Source: Burkholderiales bacterium (GTDB lineage: Bacteria > Pseudomonadota > Gammaproteobacteria > Burkholderiales > SG8-41). Taken from it: DNA of 64,000 nucleotides. The stretch lies in NCBI GenBank assembly GCA_035259205.1, contig DATFWO010000036.1, positions 11,018 through 75,017 of the forward strand, given 5' to 3'. Under the pieces are notes generated by a model that made no database searches, had not been told where the DNA came from, and was given only the letters and a program-made list of their open reading frames with translations. The position numbers and the translations under genes are program-made. The stretch's first letter is position 1. Each line of letters opens with the position of its first letter. Below are positions 10,995-20,044 of this stretch, piece by piece.

Positions 10995-12926
10995 TCACCT
11001 GGCGAGGCCTATCACCGCAGGTAGAAAGCTCACGCGCCTGATCTCGCCGAGACGGTTGCCAGCGAGCTCGCCTTCGACGATTTCGTAGCCCATCAATGCG
11101 AATACCCGGCTGCCGGCAAAGATGGGTCGTGAGTTGCCATACCAATCGACGCACGAGGCACGGCAGCCGTCGTTCGTGCTCGCATCGGAGCGCGATTCGA
11201 GCGCGCCGAGCTCGCTCAAACGCAGCGACCGGTTGCGCAGGAACAGCACCGCCGCGGATTCGTGCCGCAGTTGCCGCGCAGCAGCGCGGTTGCCGCCGAT
11301 GATGGGCAGCCCGACGTAGCCGGCGCTGTCGCTCTCGGGTTTATAGTAGAAACCGTGGCTGCGCGTCTCGCCCTGCGCCGCATCCCGGCGCGTGTACCGG
11401 TCTTCCGCCGCAGGCACGCCCGCAAGCCGGACGCTGGTGAAGTGGAGGTCCTGGCCGTCGCTGCCGACCGCTACCGCGTCGGCGCCTAATGCTTCGATGC
11501 GATCCACGCCGTGTGCAAGCGGCACTTCATGCGCCCTGGCGTCGCCCGCGTAGCGCACCGCGTAGAGCTGCGAATAAAGCGTGCGCTGCGCCCGGTTCCA
11601 CCCGGCACCCGCGCCGTAGAGCAGATAATCTCCAACGTAGCGGTTCTGCACGGCGTAGCCTTTCGGCCCCGGCAATGCCTTGTAGCTCGCTACCGGAGCG
11701 CTCGACTTGCCGTCGCCAAATATCGCAACTGGCACCCGCAACAGCGCGAAATCGCCTGAATTGATCTCCGCAGCCCACATGCCGTCTCCCCTGCCGTTGG
11801 ACCGGATGAGCACGTTGAGATGGCCGTCGTCTCCTTCCAGAAAAGAAAACTGATCGATCGGACTGCCCGCGACCTTGAGCGCGGTCGGCGCGCTGCCGTC
11901 GAGGGGTATGCGGAATACCGCTGAAGCCGGAGTGGTCGCCGACTGCGCACGCCGGCCCTGGGTCGTCCACACGTACACCGATCCGCCCGAGACGTAGAAC
12001 ACCCGGCCCGGCGCCCCGAGGACGGCGGTGCTTGCGCAATCGACCTCGGCGCGCGCGAGATCGCACACGGTGACCGTGTGCAGCGCGACGCCCTGGTACG
12101 GATCGAGCTCGTCCTCGGTCCGGTAGATCCGCGTCGCAGGCGCAATGCGCTTGAAGTCGGCGGCCGTGCCTCCAGCGCGCCACCGGCGCATCGCGGGAAA
12201 CGACGACCACGGCTCGCCGCCCCGCGGGTTGAGCTGCAGCGGCGTGTAGAACACGAGCTTGCTCCCGATCAGCCGGCTCGCGTAGTTGCGCGAAGAGTAG
12301 TAGTCGTTCGATCGCAGGTGATAGGTCGCGCGGTAACTCAGCCTCCCTGTAGGCGAGATCTCGAACAGCCCCACCTCTGTGCCACCGCGCGCGTAGCTGT
12401 AGCCGATCACCGCGATGGTGTTGTCCGAGATCAGCATCTCGTCGTACCAGGCGCCGCCGGGATCGATGCCGCTGCCATAGGCATCCGCGACCGAAACGGG
12501 TTTGAGATCCCCTTCGCGGATGCTCACGGTGAAGAGCCGGCCGCGCCGCAGAATGACGAGGTAGTCGCCGTGCCGCTTGACGATGCCGCCCTCGTCGACC
12601 CCGGCGTGCTGGACGTTGGTTATGGAGTCCGCGACAGAACCTGCCTGCTCGGCCATCTTGGCTGCCGGCTCGGCCTTCGAGAGGGCGCTCATGCCCGGTG
12701 GCGGCGGACTTGCCGGCGCCTGCCTGAGGCGTTCCGTGTCGACCCGGAGCCGGTACTCCTCGGCCCAGCGCTCGAACAGGTCCGAAATCTCCTGGTCGCT
12801 CGCAAACGCCTGCAGTGTCTTGCGCGGCGCGGCGTGCGCAAGCTGCGCGCCGGCAAAGGTAAGGACGGCAAGAGCGAATACAAGCACGATCCGCAAGCTC
12901 CTGTTGGTCATGGCAAAGCTCCTCAT
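10995..12926 (-). CDS. secreted beta-propeller domain protein
   Basis: Signal peptide (LRIVLVFALAVLTFAGAQLAHA). TNVQHAGVDEGGIVKRHGDYLVIL resembles the bacterial Beta_propel family motif. The start may instead be ATG 12911. Confidence 0.7.
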   Translation of the reverse strand: MRSFAMTNRSLRIVLVFALAVLTFAGAQLAHAAPRKTLQAFASDQEISDLFERWAEEYRLRVDTERLRQAPASPPPPGMSALSKAEPAAKMAEQAGSVADSITNVQHAGVDEGGIVKRHGDYLVILRRGRLFTVSIREGDLKPVSVADAYGSGIDPGGAWYDEMLISDNTIAVIGYSYARGGTEVGLFEISPTGRLSYRATYHLRSNDYYSSRNYASRLIGSKLVFYTPLQLNPRGGEPWSSFPAMRRWRAGGTAADFKRIAPATRIYRTEDELDPYQGVALHTVTVCDLARAEVDCASTAVLGAPGRVFYVSGGSVYVWTTQGRRAQSATTPASAVFRIPLDGSAPTALKVAGSPIDQFSFLEGDDGHLNVLIRSNGRGDGMWAAEINSGDFALLRVPVAIFGDGKSSAPVASYKALPGPKGYAVQNRYVGDYLLYGAGAGWNRAQRTLYSQLYAVRYAGDARAHEVPLAHGVDRIEALGADAVAVGSDGQDLHFTSVRLAGVPAAEDRYTRRDAAQGETRSHGFYYKPESDSAGYVGLPIIGGNRAAARQLRHESAAVLFLRNRSLRLSELGALESRSDASTNDGCRASCVDWYGNSRPIFAGSRVFALMGYEIVEGELAGNRLGEIRRVSFLPAVIGLAR

Positions 12927-13019
12927 TGTTATCGACAGAGCCGAGGCGGCCGGCCCATCCGCCGCTCACGCTCGATGCCTATTAACGATGGGCGAGCCAG
13001 GATGGGGTTAGGTGCGGGA

Positions 13020-13054
13020 AGGATGAAGGAGGAGGGATGAGGGATGAGGGATCA
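13020..13054 (+). repeat. heptamer array, family A (GGGATGA-like), 5 units
   Basis: AGGATGA AGGAGGA GGGATGA GGGATGA GGGATCA, in the divergent spacer upstream of the locus-1 selenoprotein candidate. Confidence 0.85.
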
Positions 13055-13085
13055 CGAGAAATGGTAGAGTGGACCGAAAGCTGGT

Positions 13086-13095
13086 TAGAACCTAG
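13086..13095 (+). repeat. TAGAACC-TAG heptamer doublet (family J)
   Basis: TAGAACCTAG immediately followed by the GGAG of the locus-1 ribosome-binding site. Confidence 0.6.
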
Positions 13096-13105
13096 GAGCA
13101 GATAG

Positions 13106-14713
13106 ATGGCCGACAGCATCCTGGCATACGATCCGGTGGCACCGGCGCACGGCGAGGTGCGGCATTCACGCCGCGCGCTCGACGGGCTCGCCGGAAAAGT
13201 CGTCGGATTCATCGACAACGCCAAGCCCAATTTCAACTACCTCGCGGACGATCTGGCGGAGCTCTTGATCGGGAAGTACGGTGTCGCAGGCGTGGTCCGG
13301 CACCGTAAGCGCGGCCAGGTGCCGGCCGGTGACGCGGTGATCCGCGAGCTCGCCGAGCAGTGCGACGCGGTCATCACCGGATCGGGTGACTGAGGGTCCT
13401 GCACGTCGTGGAGTATCCACGACAGCGTAGAGGCGGCGAAGCACGAGCTTGCCGCGGTGACCGTCTGCTCGACCGCGTTCACCCAGCTCGGCCACGCGCA
13501 GGCGAAAAGCCTGGGCTATCCCGACCTGCCGATCGCAGTCATTCCGCATCCCTTCGGCAACCGCATGCGCGATGAAGTGCGGCGTCTCGCCGCAGAGTGC
13601 GTCGACAATATTGCTCAGTTGATCTGCGGTGCGGGGGGATCAACCTCGCAGCCGGTCGTGCGCGCCCCCGCCGCAGCCCGCGCCGCGCTGGTCGAGATTC
13701 CCGGCGATCTCGACGAGCTCAACCGGTTCGTCCACGAGCGGCGCTGGGGTGACGGGCTGCCGGTCGTGCCTCCCACGCAGGAACGCGTGGCGCGCATGCT
13801 CTCCGCAACCTGCCGGGCGCCCAACGAGATCATCGCGAGCATCGCGCCGGCGTTTGGCGCGGCAACCGTGGAGCGCATCGCGATCAATGCGGTAATGGCG
13901 GGCTGCCATCCGGAATATCTGCCGGTCCTCATCGCCGCCGCGGAAGCGGTGGCCGAGCCGAGGTTCAACCTGGGGAGCATACAAACGACGACTAATCCGG
14001 TGACAGTATGGCTCATCGTCAACGGACCGATTGCGGCAAAGCTCGGCATCAACAGCGGCACCAATTGCCTGGGCCCAGGCAACTGGGCCAATGCGACCTT
14101 GGGGCGCGCGATGCGTCTCGTCCTCCAGAATGTCGGCGGCGCGCTGCCGGGCGACATCGATCGCGCCACCCAGGGGCAGCCCGGCAAGTACACGTTCTGC
14201 TGCGCCGAGAACGAGGAAGCGAGCCCCTGGGAGCCGCTGCATGTGGAGCGCGGCTTCGCACCCGCCTGCAGCACGGTAACCGCCGCGGGCGTGTCCGGCA
14301 CTTTGAACATGAATACGCACGCAAAGGATGCGGGCGACCTGCTGCGGGTGATCGCCGATACGATGACCTACCCGGCCGGCAGCGACTTCACCTTCGGTGG
14401 CGCGCCGTGGCTCGTGCTGTCGCCCGAACACGCGCAAGTACTGGCGCGGGGCGGCCTGAGCAAGTCCGAGGTCAAGCGCCACCTGTGGGAGCAGGCGCGG
14501 CTGCTGGGTAGCCGCCTCTCGGCAAAGGATTTCGCGCGGGTGCAAACCGGCCGCCGTGCCGATCTGGGCGAAATCGGACCGGACACCTTCATCACGATTT
14601 CAGCCGGTCCCGACGACATCAACCTCATCGTCGCGGGCGGCGCCGGCACGCATTCGGTGTATCTGCCGGTCTCGGGACACGTGCGGCCCGTCACGCGGGA
14701 AATTGCGCCATAG
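13106..14713 (+). CDS. candidate selenoprotein: UGSC-type domain fused to a ~350-aa domain of unknown function (in-frame TGA 13391..13393 read as Sec)
   Basis: ORFs 13106..13393 and 13457..14713 share one frame, and TGA 13391 is the only stop across 536 codons. AGGAG lies 7 nt before ATG 13106. There is no ATG between the TGA and GTG 13457. Paralogue of 33536..34072 plus 34137..35171. Confidence 0.7.
13405..13423 (+). promoter_or_regulatory. SECIS-like hairpin 11 nt downstream of TGA 13391
   Basis: GTCGTGGA-GTA-TCCACGAC: perfect 8-bp stem, loop starting GU, 11-nt spacer after UGA. Same geometry as the paralogous site 33758..33776. Confidence 0.6.
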
Positions 14714-14857
14714 CGTCAGCCGACTGAACTTTGGTGCAGGTTCGGCTCGGGCATTTATTCCCTACAATTCCGGTACGCCATGCAATTTGGGTAAAGTACC
14801 CGCGGCGTGCGGCGCCGGGTGGATCGCCGCCGTTCCCGGGAACGTCACAAGAAGGTC

Positions 14858-15424
14858 ATGAATATGAAACCGGCAAAGTTCGTCGTCTTCTGTTTCCTGG
14901 CAGTCGGCACGTTGGCCGCCCAGGACGTAATGGCGCAGTTCGGCAGCGGCCCCCCGGAGGGCGGCATGCCGGGAGGCGGTATCCGCGGTCAACGGATGCA
15001 GCGCGGAGAACCGCCCAGGACTCAGCGCCCGGCCACGGAGGAGGATATGGAGAACATGATCGACTATCGGCTCTCGCTGCTCCAGGAAGACCTCAAGCTC
15101 TCGGCCGATCAGGAAGGCGTGTGGCGTTCCTATTCGGACAAGGTGCACTTCCTCCTTTCCGACATAACCAGGGAGCGGCGCCGGCTGCAGTCGGGCATGT
15201 CCATGAATGCCCTCCAGCAGGTCGATCATGCCGTCGACGTGGCGCGCAATCGCCTGACGGCGTGGGAGGACGTCGCCGTTGCCGCGAAGACGCTGTACCA
15301 GCAGCTCACGCCACCGCAGCGAGCCATGGTCGACGCCCGGTTTTCGAGCATCTTCACGCCGATCACGGACGGCGGCGCCGTCAATCCCTACGAACGGGCG
15401 GGAGTGCAGCGAATCACCCCGTAG
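14858..15424 (+). CDS. periplasmic Spy/CpxP-like (LTXXQ) protein
   Basis: Start trimmed to ATG 14858. Signal peptide MNMKPAKFVVFCFLAVGTLAAQ; LKLSADQEGVW and LTPPQRAMVDARF motifs. Confidence 0.55.
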   Translation: MNMKPAKFVVFCFLAVGTLAAQDVMAQFGSGPPEGGMPGGGIRGQRMQRGEPPRTQRPATEEDMENMIDYRLSLLQEDLKLSADQEGVWRSYSDKVHFLLSDITRERRRLQSGMSMNALQQVDHAVDVARNRLTAWEDVAVAAKTLYQQLTPPQRAMVDARFSSIFTPITDGGAVNPYERAGVQRITP

Positions 15425-15514
15425 CCTCCTCAATCTTGACTGTGGCAGCGGCAAGGTGGAAGCTCTTGCGGCCCGACTGTGACCCGCACTCTGCCAATCG
15501 AAGGAGCCACTGCC

Positions 15515-16402
15515 ATGGAACGAAAGAAAGCGAGCGATTTTCCCCCGGAGGTTCTCAAGCTGTTCGACGGTTACGTTCACGGCGCGATTAGCCGCCGCGA
15601 GTTCCTGGACCGCGCGGCAAAATTCGCGGTGGGCGGTTTCACCGCCGCAGCCATGCTGGAAAGCCTCAAGCCCAACTTCGCGTGGGCACAGCAGGTTGCC
15701 AAGGACGATTCCCGTATCCGGGTCGAGTACCAGACCTACCCGTCGCCCCAGGGCTCGGGAAACATGCGCGGCTACCTGGCGCGGCCTGCAAAATCCGGCG
15801 GCAAATTGCCCGGCATCGTGGTCATCCACGAGAATCGCGGTCTCAATCCGTATATCGAGGACGTCGCGCGGCGCCTCGCGGCGGCGAACTTCGTCGCCTT
15901 CGCGCCTGACGCCCTCACGCCCGTCGGCGGCTACCCGGGCGACGAAGACAAGGCGCGAGACCTGTTCGCCAAGCAGGACGCCGCAAAGAGGACCGAGGAT
16001 CTGGTCACCGGCGCCGAGTTTCTGAAATCGCGCCCGGAAGTGGGCAAGGTCGGCGCCGTGGGTTTCTGCTTCGGCGGCGGTATCGTCAACGTGTTCGCGG
16101 CGCGCATGCCGGACCTGGCAGCGGGGGTGCCCTTCTATGGGCGACAAGTCAGCGCCGAGGAAACCGCAAGGATCAAGGCGCCGCTCCTGATCCATTACGC
16201 CGAGAACGACGAAGGCATCAACAAGGGCTGGCCGGCCTATGAAGCCGCGCTCAAGGCGAACAAGGTCAGGTACGAGATGCACACGTATCCCGGCACCCAG
16301 CACGGCTTCCACAACGACACGACGCCCCGCTACGACGAAGCTGCCGCCAAGCTGGCGTGGCAGCGGACGGTCGATTTCTTCAACAAATACGTGCGTGCCT
16401 GA
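15515..16402 (+). CDS. dienelactone hydrolase family protein (Tat-type signal)
   Basis: Start at ATG 15515 (MERKKASDF...). ISRREFLDRAAKFAVGG, GIVVIHENRGLNPYIEDVARRLA, GAVGFCFGG, GTQHGFHND. Confidence 0.85.
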   Translation: MERKKASDFPPEVLKLFDGYVHGAISRREFLDRAAKFAVGGFTAAAMLESLKPNFAWAQQVAKDDSRIRVEYQTYPSPQGSGNMRGYLARPAKSGGKLPGIVVIHENRGLNPYIEDVARRLAAANFVAFAPDALTPVGGYPGDEDKARDLFAKQDAAKRTEDLVTGAEFLKSRPEVGKVGAVGFCFGGGIVNVFAARMPDLAAGVPFYGRQVSAEETARIKAPLLIHYAENDEGINKGWPAYEAALKANKVRYEMHTYPGTQHGFHNDTTPRYDEAAAKLAWQRTVDFFNKYVRA

Positions 16403-16407
16403 AAGGC

Positions 16408-16431
16408 GAGTGACGAGTGACGGGTGACGGG
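16408..16431 (+). repeat. heptamer array, family B (GAGTGAC/GGGTGAC), 3.4 units
   Basis: GAGTGAC GAGTGAC GGGTGAC GGG, 5 nt after the stop codon 16400..16402. Confidence 0.85.
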
Positions 16432-16536
16432 CATCCGATGAGCAGCGAGAACCGTCGCATCGGGTCCAGTTCCGCACCTGAACCCACCCTCACCAGGCAG
16501 GTCAAATGGATATCCAACTGACCGGAGGATATCCCC

Positions 16537-16929
16537 ATGCTCAATCACGATCTGCAACGAGACGAGGGAATACTGGTGTTACGACCCGAAGGCCCGCTCG
16601 AGGCGACCGATTTCGATACGCTGGCCGCGCACGTCGACGCTTACCTCGAGCAGAACGGAACGCTGCACGGCGTGCTGATCGAGGCGAAGGCGTTTCCGGG
16701 CTGGAAGAACTTTGCCGCGCTGCTCGCCCATCTGAAGTTCGTCAAGCGCCATCATCGGAAGATCGAGAAGGTCGCGGTCGTCGCAGACGACGGTTTTGCG
16801 ACCGTCATGCCGCAGATTGCCAGCCATTTCATACACGCGGAACTGCGGCACTTCGATCATGGACACGAAAGCGCCGCATGGGAGTGGCTGAAGGAAAGCA
16901 CCCGCCGGAAAACCCGCACTGCGGCATAG
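16537..16929 (+). CDS. STAS/SpoIIAA-like (DUF3478-type) domain protein
   Basis: 130 aa; ...EGILVLRPEGPLEATDFDTLAAHVDAYL...HGVLIEAKAFPGW...KIEKVAVVAD pattern. Confidence 0.6.
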   Translation: MLNHDLQRDEGILVLRPEGPLEATDFDTLAAHVDAYLEQNGTLHGVLIEAKAFPGWKNFAALLAHLKFVKRHHRKIEKVAVVADDGFATVMPQIASHFIHAELRHFDHGHESAAWEWLKESTRRKTRTAA

Positions 16930-16942
16930 TCGGCCTCGGGCC

Positions 16943-17005
16943 AGAGACTGGAGACTCGGGACCTGGTCCCCAATCCTTGGTCTCAGTCGCCGGTCCCTGG
17001 TCTCT
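16943..17005. repeat. heptamer array, family C (GAGACTN/GGGACCN), 9 units, self-complementary
   Basis: AGAGACT GGAGACT CGGGACC TGGTCCC CAATCCT TGGTCTC AGTCGCC GGTCCCT GGTCTCT. The left and right halves are reverse complements. Fills the gap between convergent genes. Confidence 0.85.
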
Positions 17006-17013
17006 CGTGCTGG

Positions 17014-18453
17014 CTAGATGACGAAGCGGTCGACGAACTGGTTCACCGGCGTAGATTCGAGACGTGCCTGATCCAGGAAAAGATCGAGGATCGCGGCCTG
17101 CTGCCTGGGCGGAAAGCGGCCGGCGAGGTGTTTTCTGAATTTCGCTTCCAGCAGCGGGATGGCTTCGGCGCGGCGGCGCGGGTGCCCGACCGGATATTCG
17201 ACCTCGACTCTGGATGGGCCCGAGCCGTCTCGAAATCGCAATTCGATCGCGTTCGCGCTCGAGCGCTTCTCGGGATCGACGAATTCGCGCGAGTAACGGG
17301 GCTCCTCGACCACGGTCATCTTCTCGCGCAGCCGGTCGATCCGCGGATCGGCGGCAAACTCGTCCTCGAAATCCGACGCCTCGAGCTTGCCGTGGAGGAG
17401 CCCGACGGCGACGACGTACTGGGCGCAGTGGTCGCGGTCCGCCGGATTGTTGAGCGGGCCGTGCTTGTCCATGATCCTCATCAGCTCCTTCTGGCTGTGG
17501 ATCGTGATGGTCTCGATCTCGTCGAGGCGGTCCTTGACTAGTGGATGCAGCCTGAATGCGCACTCCACTGCACTCTGCCCGTGCATGCCCGCGGCAACGA
17601 GCTTGAACTTCACGTTCTCGATCACGTAGCTGCCGTAGGGGCGCTGGAACCGCAGCGGCTGGCCCCGCAGCACGGCGTCGTGGAATCCGTAGGTCTTCAT
17701 TGTCAGCGCCGACGGATAGCCCATCTCGCCCTTGAGCGCCATCAGCGCGAGCCATACGCCGCGGCTCGTGGCGTCTCCCCCCGCCCAGCTCTTGCGCCAG
17801 CCGGTGTTGTTCCCCTGGCGAAAGAGCGTAAGGTGTCCGCCATCGGTCCAGGCGTTGGAAATGGCGTTGACGATCTCTTCGCGGCTGCCGCCGAGCATGC
17901 CGGTCACGACAGCAGTGGACGCGATCCTTACGCCCGTGGTGGTGTCGAAGCCCAGGCGGGTGAGGTCGTTTTCCATCGACAGGATGCCCTGGATCTCGTA
18001 GGCCTTGATCATCGCGGTAAGGACTTCGCGCATGACGAGCGGGGAATCGCCTTCGCTCATGCGCTTGCGGCTCAAGTAGTCGGCCGTGGCAAGCAGGCCG
18101 CCGATATTGTCCGAGGGGTGGCCGCCCTGGGCCGCCGTAAAGCCGTCGCTGAAGTCGAGCCAGCGGATCATCGTGCTGATGTTGAACGCCGCGCTCACGG
18201 GATCGAGCTCGTAGCGAGTGCCGGGCACTTTGACGCCGTTTGGATAGAAAGTCCCCGGCAGTATGGGCCCCAGCAGCTTCGTGCACTCGGGAAAACGCAA
18301 AGCCTCCATGGCGCAGCCGAGCGAATCGAGCAGGCAGTAGCGGGCCATGCGGTAGGCCTCCGTGCTCGCGATCGGATAGTCGTGCACGTAGTCGGCCATC
18401 TCCGTGAGCGCCCGATCGGGCGCCGGACGGACGTTGGAGTCGCGAGCGGACAT
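17014..18453 (-). CDS. prpD: 2-methylcitrate dehydratase PrpD
   Basis: Start at ATG 18453 (MSARDSN...), 479 aa. Near-colinear with the PrpD sequence as I recall it: GHPSDN, MIKAYEIQG, RKSWAGGDATSRGV, GEMGYPSALT, RFQRPYGSYVIENV, GPLNNPADRDHCAQY, ...TPVNQFVDRFVI. Confidence 0.9.
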   Translation of the reverse strand: MSARDSNVRPAPDRALTEMADYVHDYPIASTEAYRMARYCLLDSLGCAMEALRFPECTKLLGPILPGTFYPNGVKVPGTRYELDPVSAAFNISTMIRWLDFSDGFTAAQGGHPSDNIGGLLATADYLSRKRMSEGDSPLVMREVLTAMIKAYEIQGILSMENDLTRLGFDTTTGVRIASTAVVTGMLGGSREEIVNAISNAWTDGGHLTLFRQGNNTGWRKSWAGGDATSRGVWLALMALKGEMGYPSALTMKTYGFHDAVLRGQPLRFQRPYGSYVIENVKFKLVAAGMHGQSAVECAFRLHPLVKDRLDEIETITIHSQKELMRIMDKHGPLNNPADRDHCAQYVVAVGLLHGKLEASDFEDEFAADPRIDRLREKMTVVEEPRYSREFVDPEKRSSANAIELRFRDGSGPSRVEVEYPVGHPRRRAEAIPLLEAKFRKHLAGRFPPRQQAAILDLFLDQARLESTPVNQFVDRFVI

Positions 18454-18612
18454 TGCCTGCTCCTTGAACGTAGGTTGCGGAAGTTTCTCACACCCGCTTG
18501 ACCTCGCGAAAATCGGCTGACTACCATGCACCGAGGGCGGCGGCGGACGTTCCTCCCGGTCCGCGATTGCCGGTTGCCGGACCGTACCATTTTTCCAGGA
18601 TGTCGGGACGTG

Positions 18613-19569
18613 ATGCGACGATTTGCGGTGTCCATGGTCGCGGCCGGGATGCTCGGTCCCGGCTGGGGCGCCGCGCCGGCGCTGTCCTATCCGACCAAAC
18701 CTATTCGCATCGTTACCGCGGAAGCGGGCGCCGCCGGTGATTTCGCAACGCGCGTGCTCGCTCAGGCTTTGTCAGGCACGCTGGGTCAGAACGTCATCGT
18801 CGACAACCGCCCGAGCGGGGCCATCCCCTGCGACGTCGTGGCCAAGGCACCCCCCGACGGCTACACGTTGCTGCACTTCACCAACAGCACCTGGACACTG
18901 CCGCTCATGCAGCGCGCGCCCTACGATCCGGTCAGGGACTTCGCGCCGATCTCGCTGACCGTAAAATCGTTGAGCGTACTGGTGGTGCATCCGTCGCTGC
19001 CGATCAAGTCCGTGCCCGAGCTCATCGCCTACGCCAAAGCGAGACCCGGGGCGCTCAACTACGGCTCCGGCGGCACCGGCGGCGCGGGACATCTGTCGGC
19101 GGAGCTGTTCAAGTCCATGGCCGAAGTGGACATCGTGCGCGTACATTACAAGGGTGGTGGCCCGGCTCTGAACGCGCTGCTCGGCAATCAGGTGCAGCTG
19201 GGGTTCCTATCGGCGCCGTCCGTGATGCCGCATGTGAAATCGGGCAGGTTGAGAGCGCTGGCGGTCAGTGGTCCGCAGCCCTCTTCCCTGTTTCCGGACG
19301 TGCCAACGGTGGCGGCGTCGGGTATTCCCGGCTACGAAGTCGAGCAGCTGATGGGCGTGTTTGCGCCGGCCAAAATACCCGCAAGCCTCGTCGCTCTGCT
19401 GAATCGGGAAATCGTGCAGGTACTGGGCAGAGCCGACGTGAAGGAACGCTACCACAACGCCAGCATGGAAGTCGTCGGCAGCTCGCCCGCGGAGCTTGCC
19501 TTGGCCATGAAGGCCGATATGGCGCGGATGGGCAAGCTCATCAAGGTCGCAGGCATTCGCGCTGATTAG
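18613..19569 (+). CDS. Bug/TctC family substrate-binding protein
   Basis: Start trimmed to ATG 18613 (MRRFAVSMVAAG...). [42 protein letters not shown]. Confidence 0.9.
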   Translation: MRRFAVSMVAAGMLGPGWGAAPALSYPTKPIRIVTAEAGAAGDFATRVLAQALSGTLGQNVIVDNRPSGAIPCDVVAKAPPDGYTLLHFTNSTWTLPLMQRAPYDPVRDFAPISLTVKSLSVLVVHPSLPIKSVPELIAYAKARPGALNYGSGGTGGAGHLSAELFKSMAEVDIVRVHYKGGGPALNALLGNQVQLGFLSAPSVMPHVKSGRLRALAVSGPQPSSLFPDVPTVAASGIPGYEVEQLMGVFAPAKIPASLVALLNREIVQVLGRADVKERYHNASMEVVGSSPAELALAMKADMARMGKLIKVAGIRAD

Positions 19570-19571
19570 GC

Positions 19572-19581
19572 TAGAACCTAT
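19572..19581 (+). repeat. TAGAACC-TAT heptamer doublet (family J)
   Basis: TAGAACCTAT, 2 nt after Bug stop 19567..19569. Confidence 0.55.
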
Positions 19582-19672
19582 CTCAATAGTTCTTTCGACA
19601 TGAGCTTCCAAGTCGATGGAAAAGTTACACTTAGCCTATTTATTTCGACACCCCGGACCGGAGTGAGACATC

Positions 19673-19972
19673 GTGGATTTCGGCAAGCTGGTTGAGCAGC
19701 TCACGAAGGATTGGGAGTGGCTTTCCTTCCTCGCGCGATATTGCGCGGGGAAAAACATCGGCAAGGCTTTCTGCCAGGACGTCAAATGGTGGGCGCTCGG
19801 GGCGGCGGCGCTCGTCATCTTGATCGCTATCTGGTGGATTGGGCGCAAGCTCGCAAAGGCTTATGAGAACTGGAACCACCGCAGGCTCATGGCCAAAATC
19901 GCCGACGACGAGACCATGAAGAATCACGTGTGGTCGGGCCACGACGTTCACACAAGACCGAAGACAAAATAG
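19673..19972 (+). CDS. small hypothetical membrane protein
   Basis: GTG start with GGAG 9 nt upstream. One TM helix (WWALGAAALVILIAIWWIG). Lies in a locally lower-GC spacer. No family recognised. Confidence 0.45.
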   Translation: MDFGKLVEQLTKDWEWLSFLARYCAGKNIGKAFCQDVKWWALGAAALVILIAIWWIGRKLAKAYENWNHRRLMAKIADDETMKNHVWSGHDVHTRPKTK

Positions 19973-20044
19973 GCTGTGAATCGGCTCTAATCCCATTTTG
20001 TGGGAGCCGATGCTTGGCCGGTTGGCACGTGCCTCTCTTCGGCG

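Noticed and set aside
13391-13393. Reading the TGAs at 13391 and 33788 as ordinary stops, which would give four separate small or truncated genes
   Set aside because: The downstream halves lack ATG and SD. They are conserved between the paralogues in the same frame. The TGA aligns at the same U-G-S-C column, and both are followed by equivalent hairpins. This remains unproven without the Sec machinery or homologue data.
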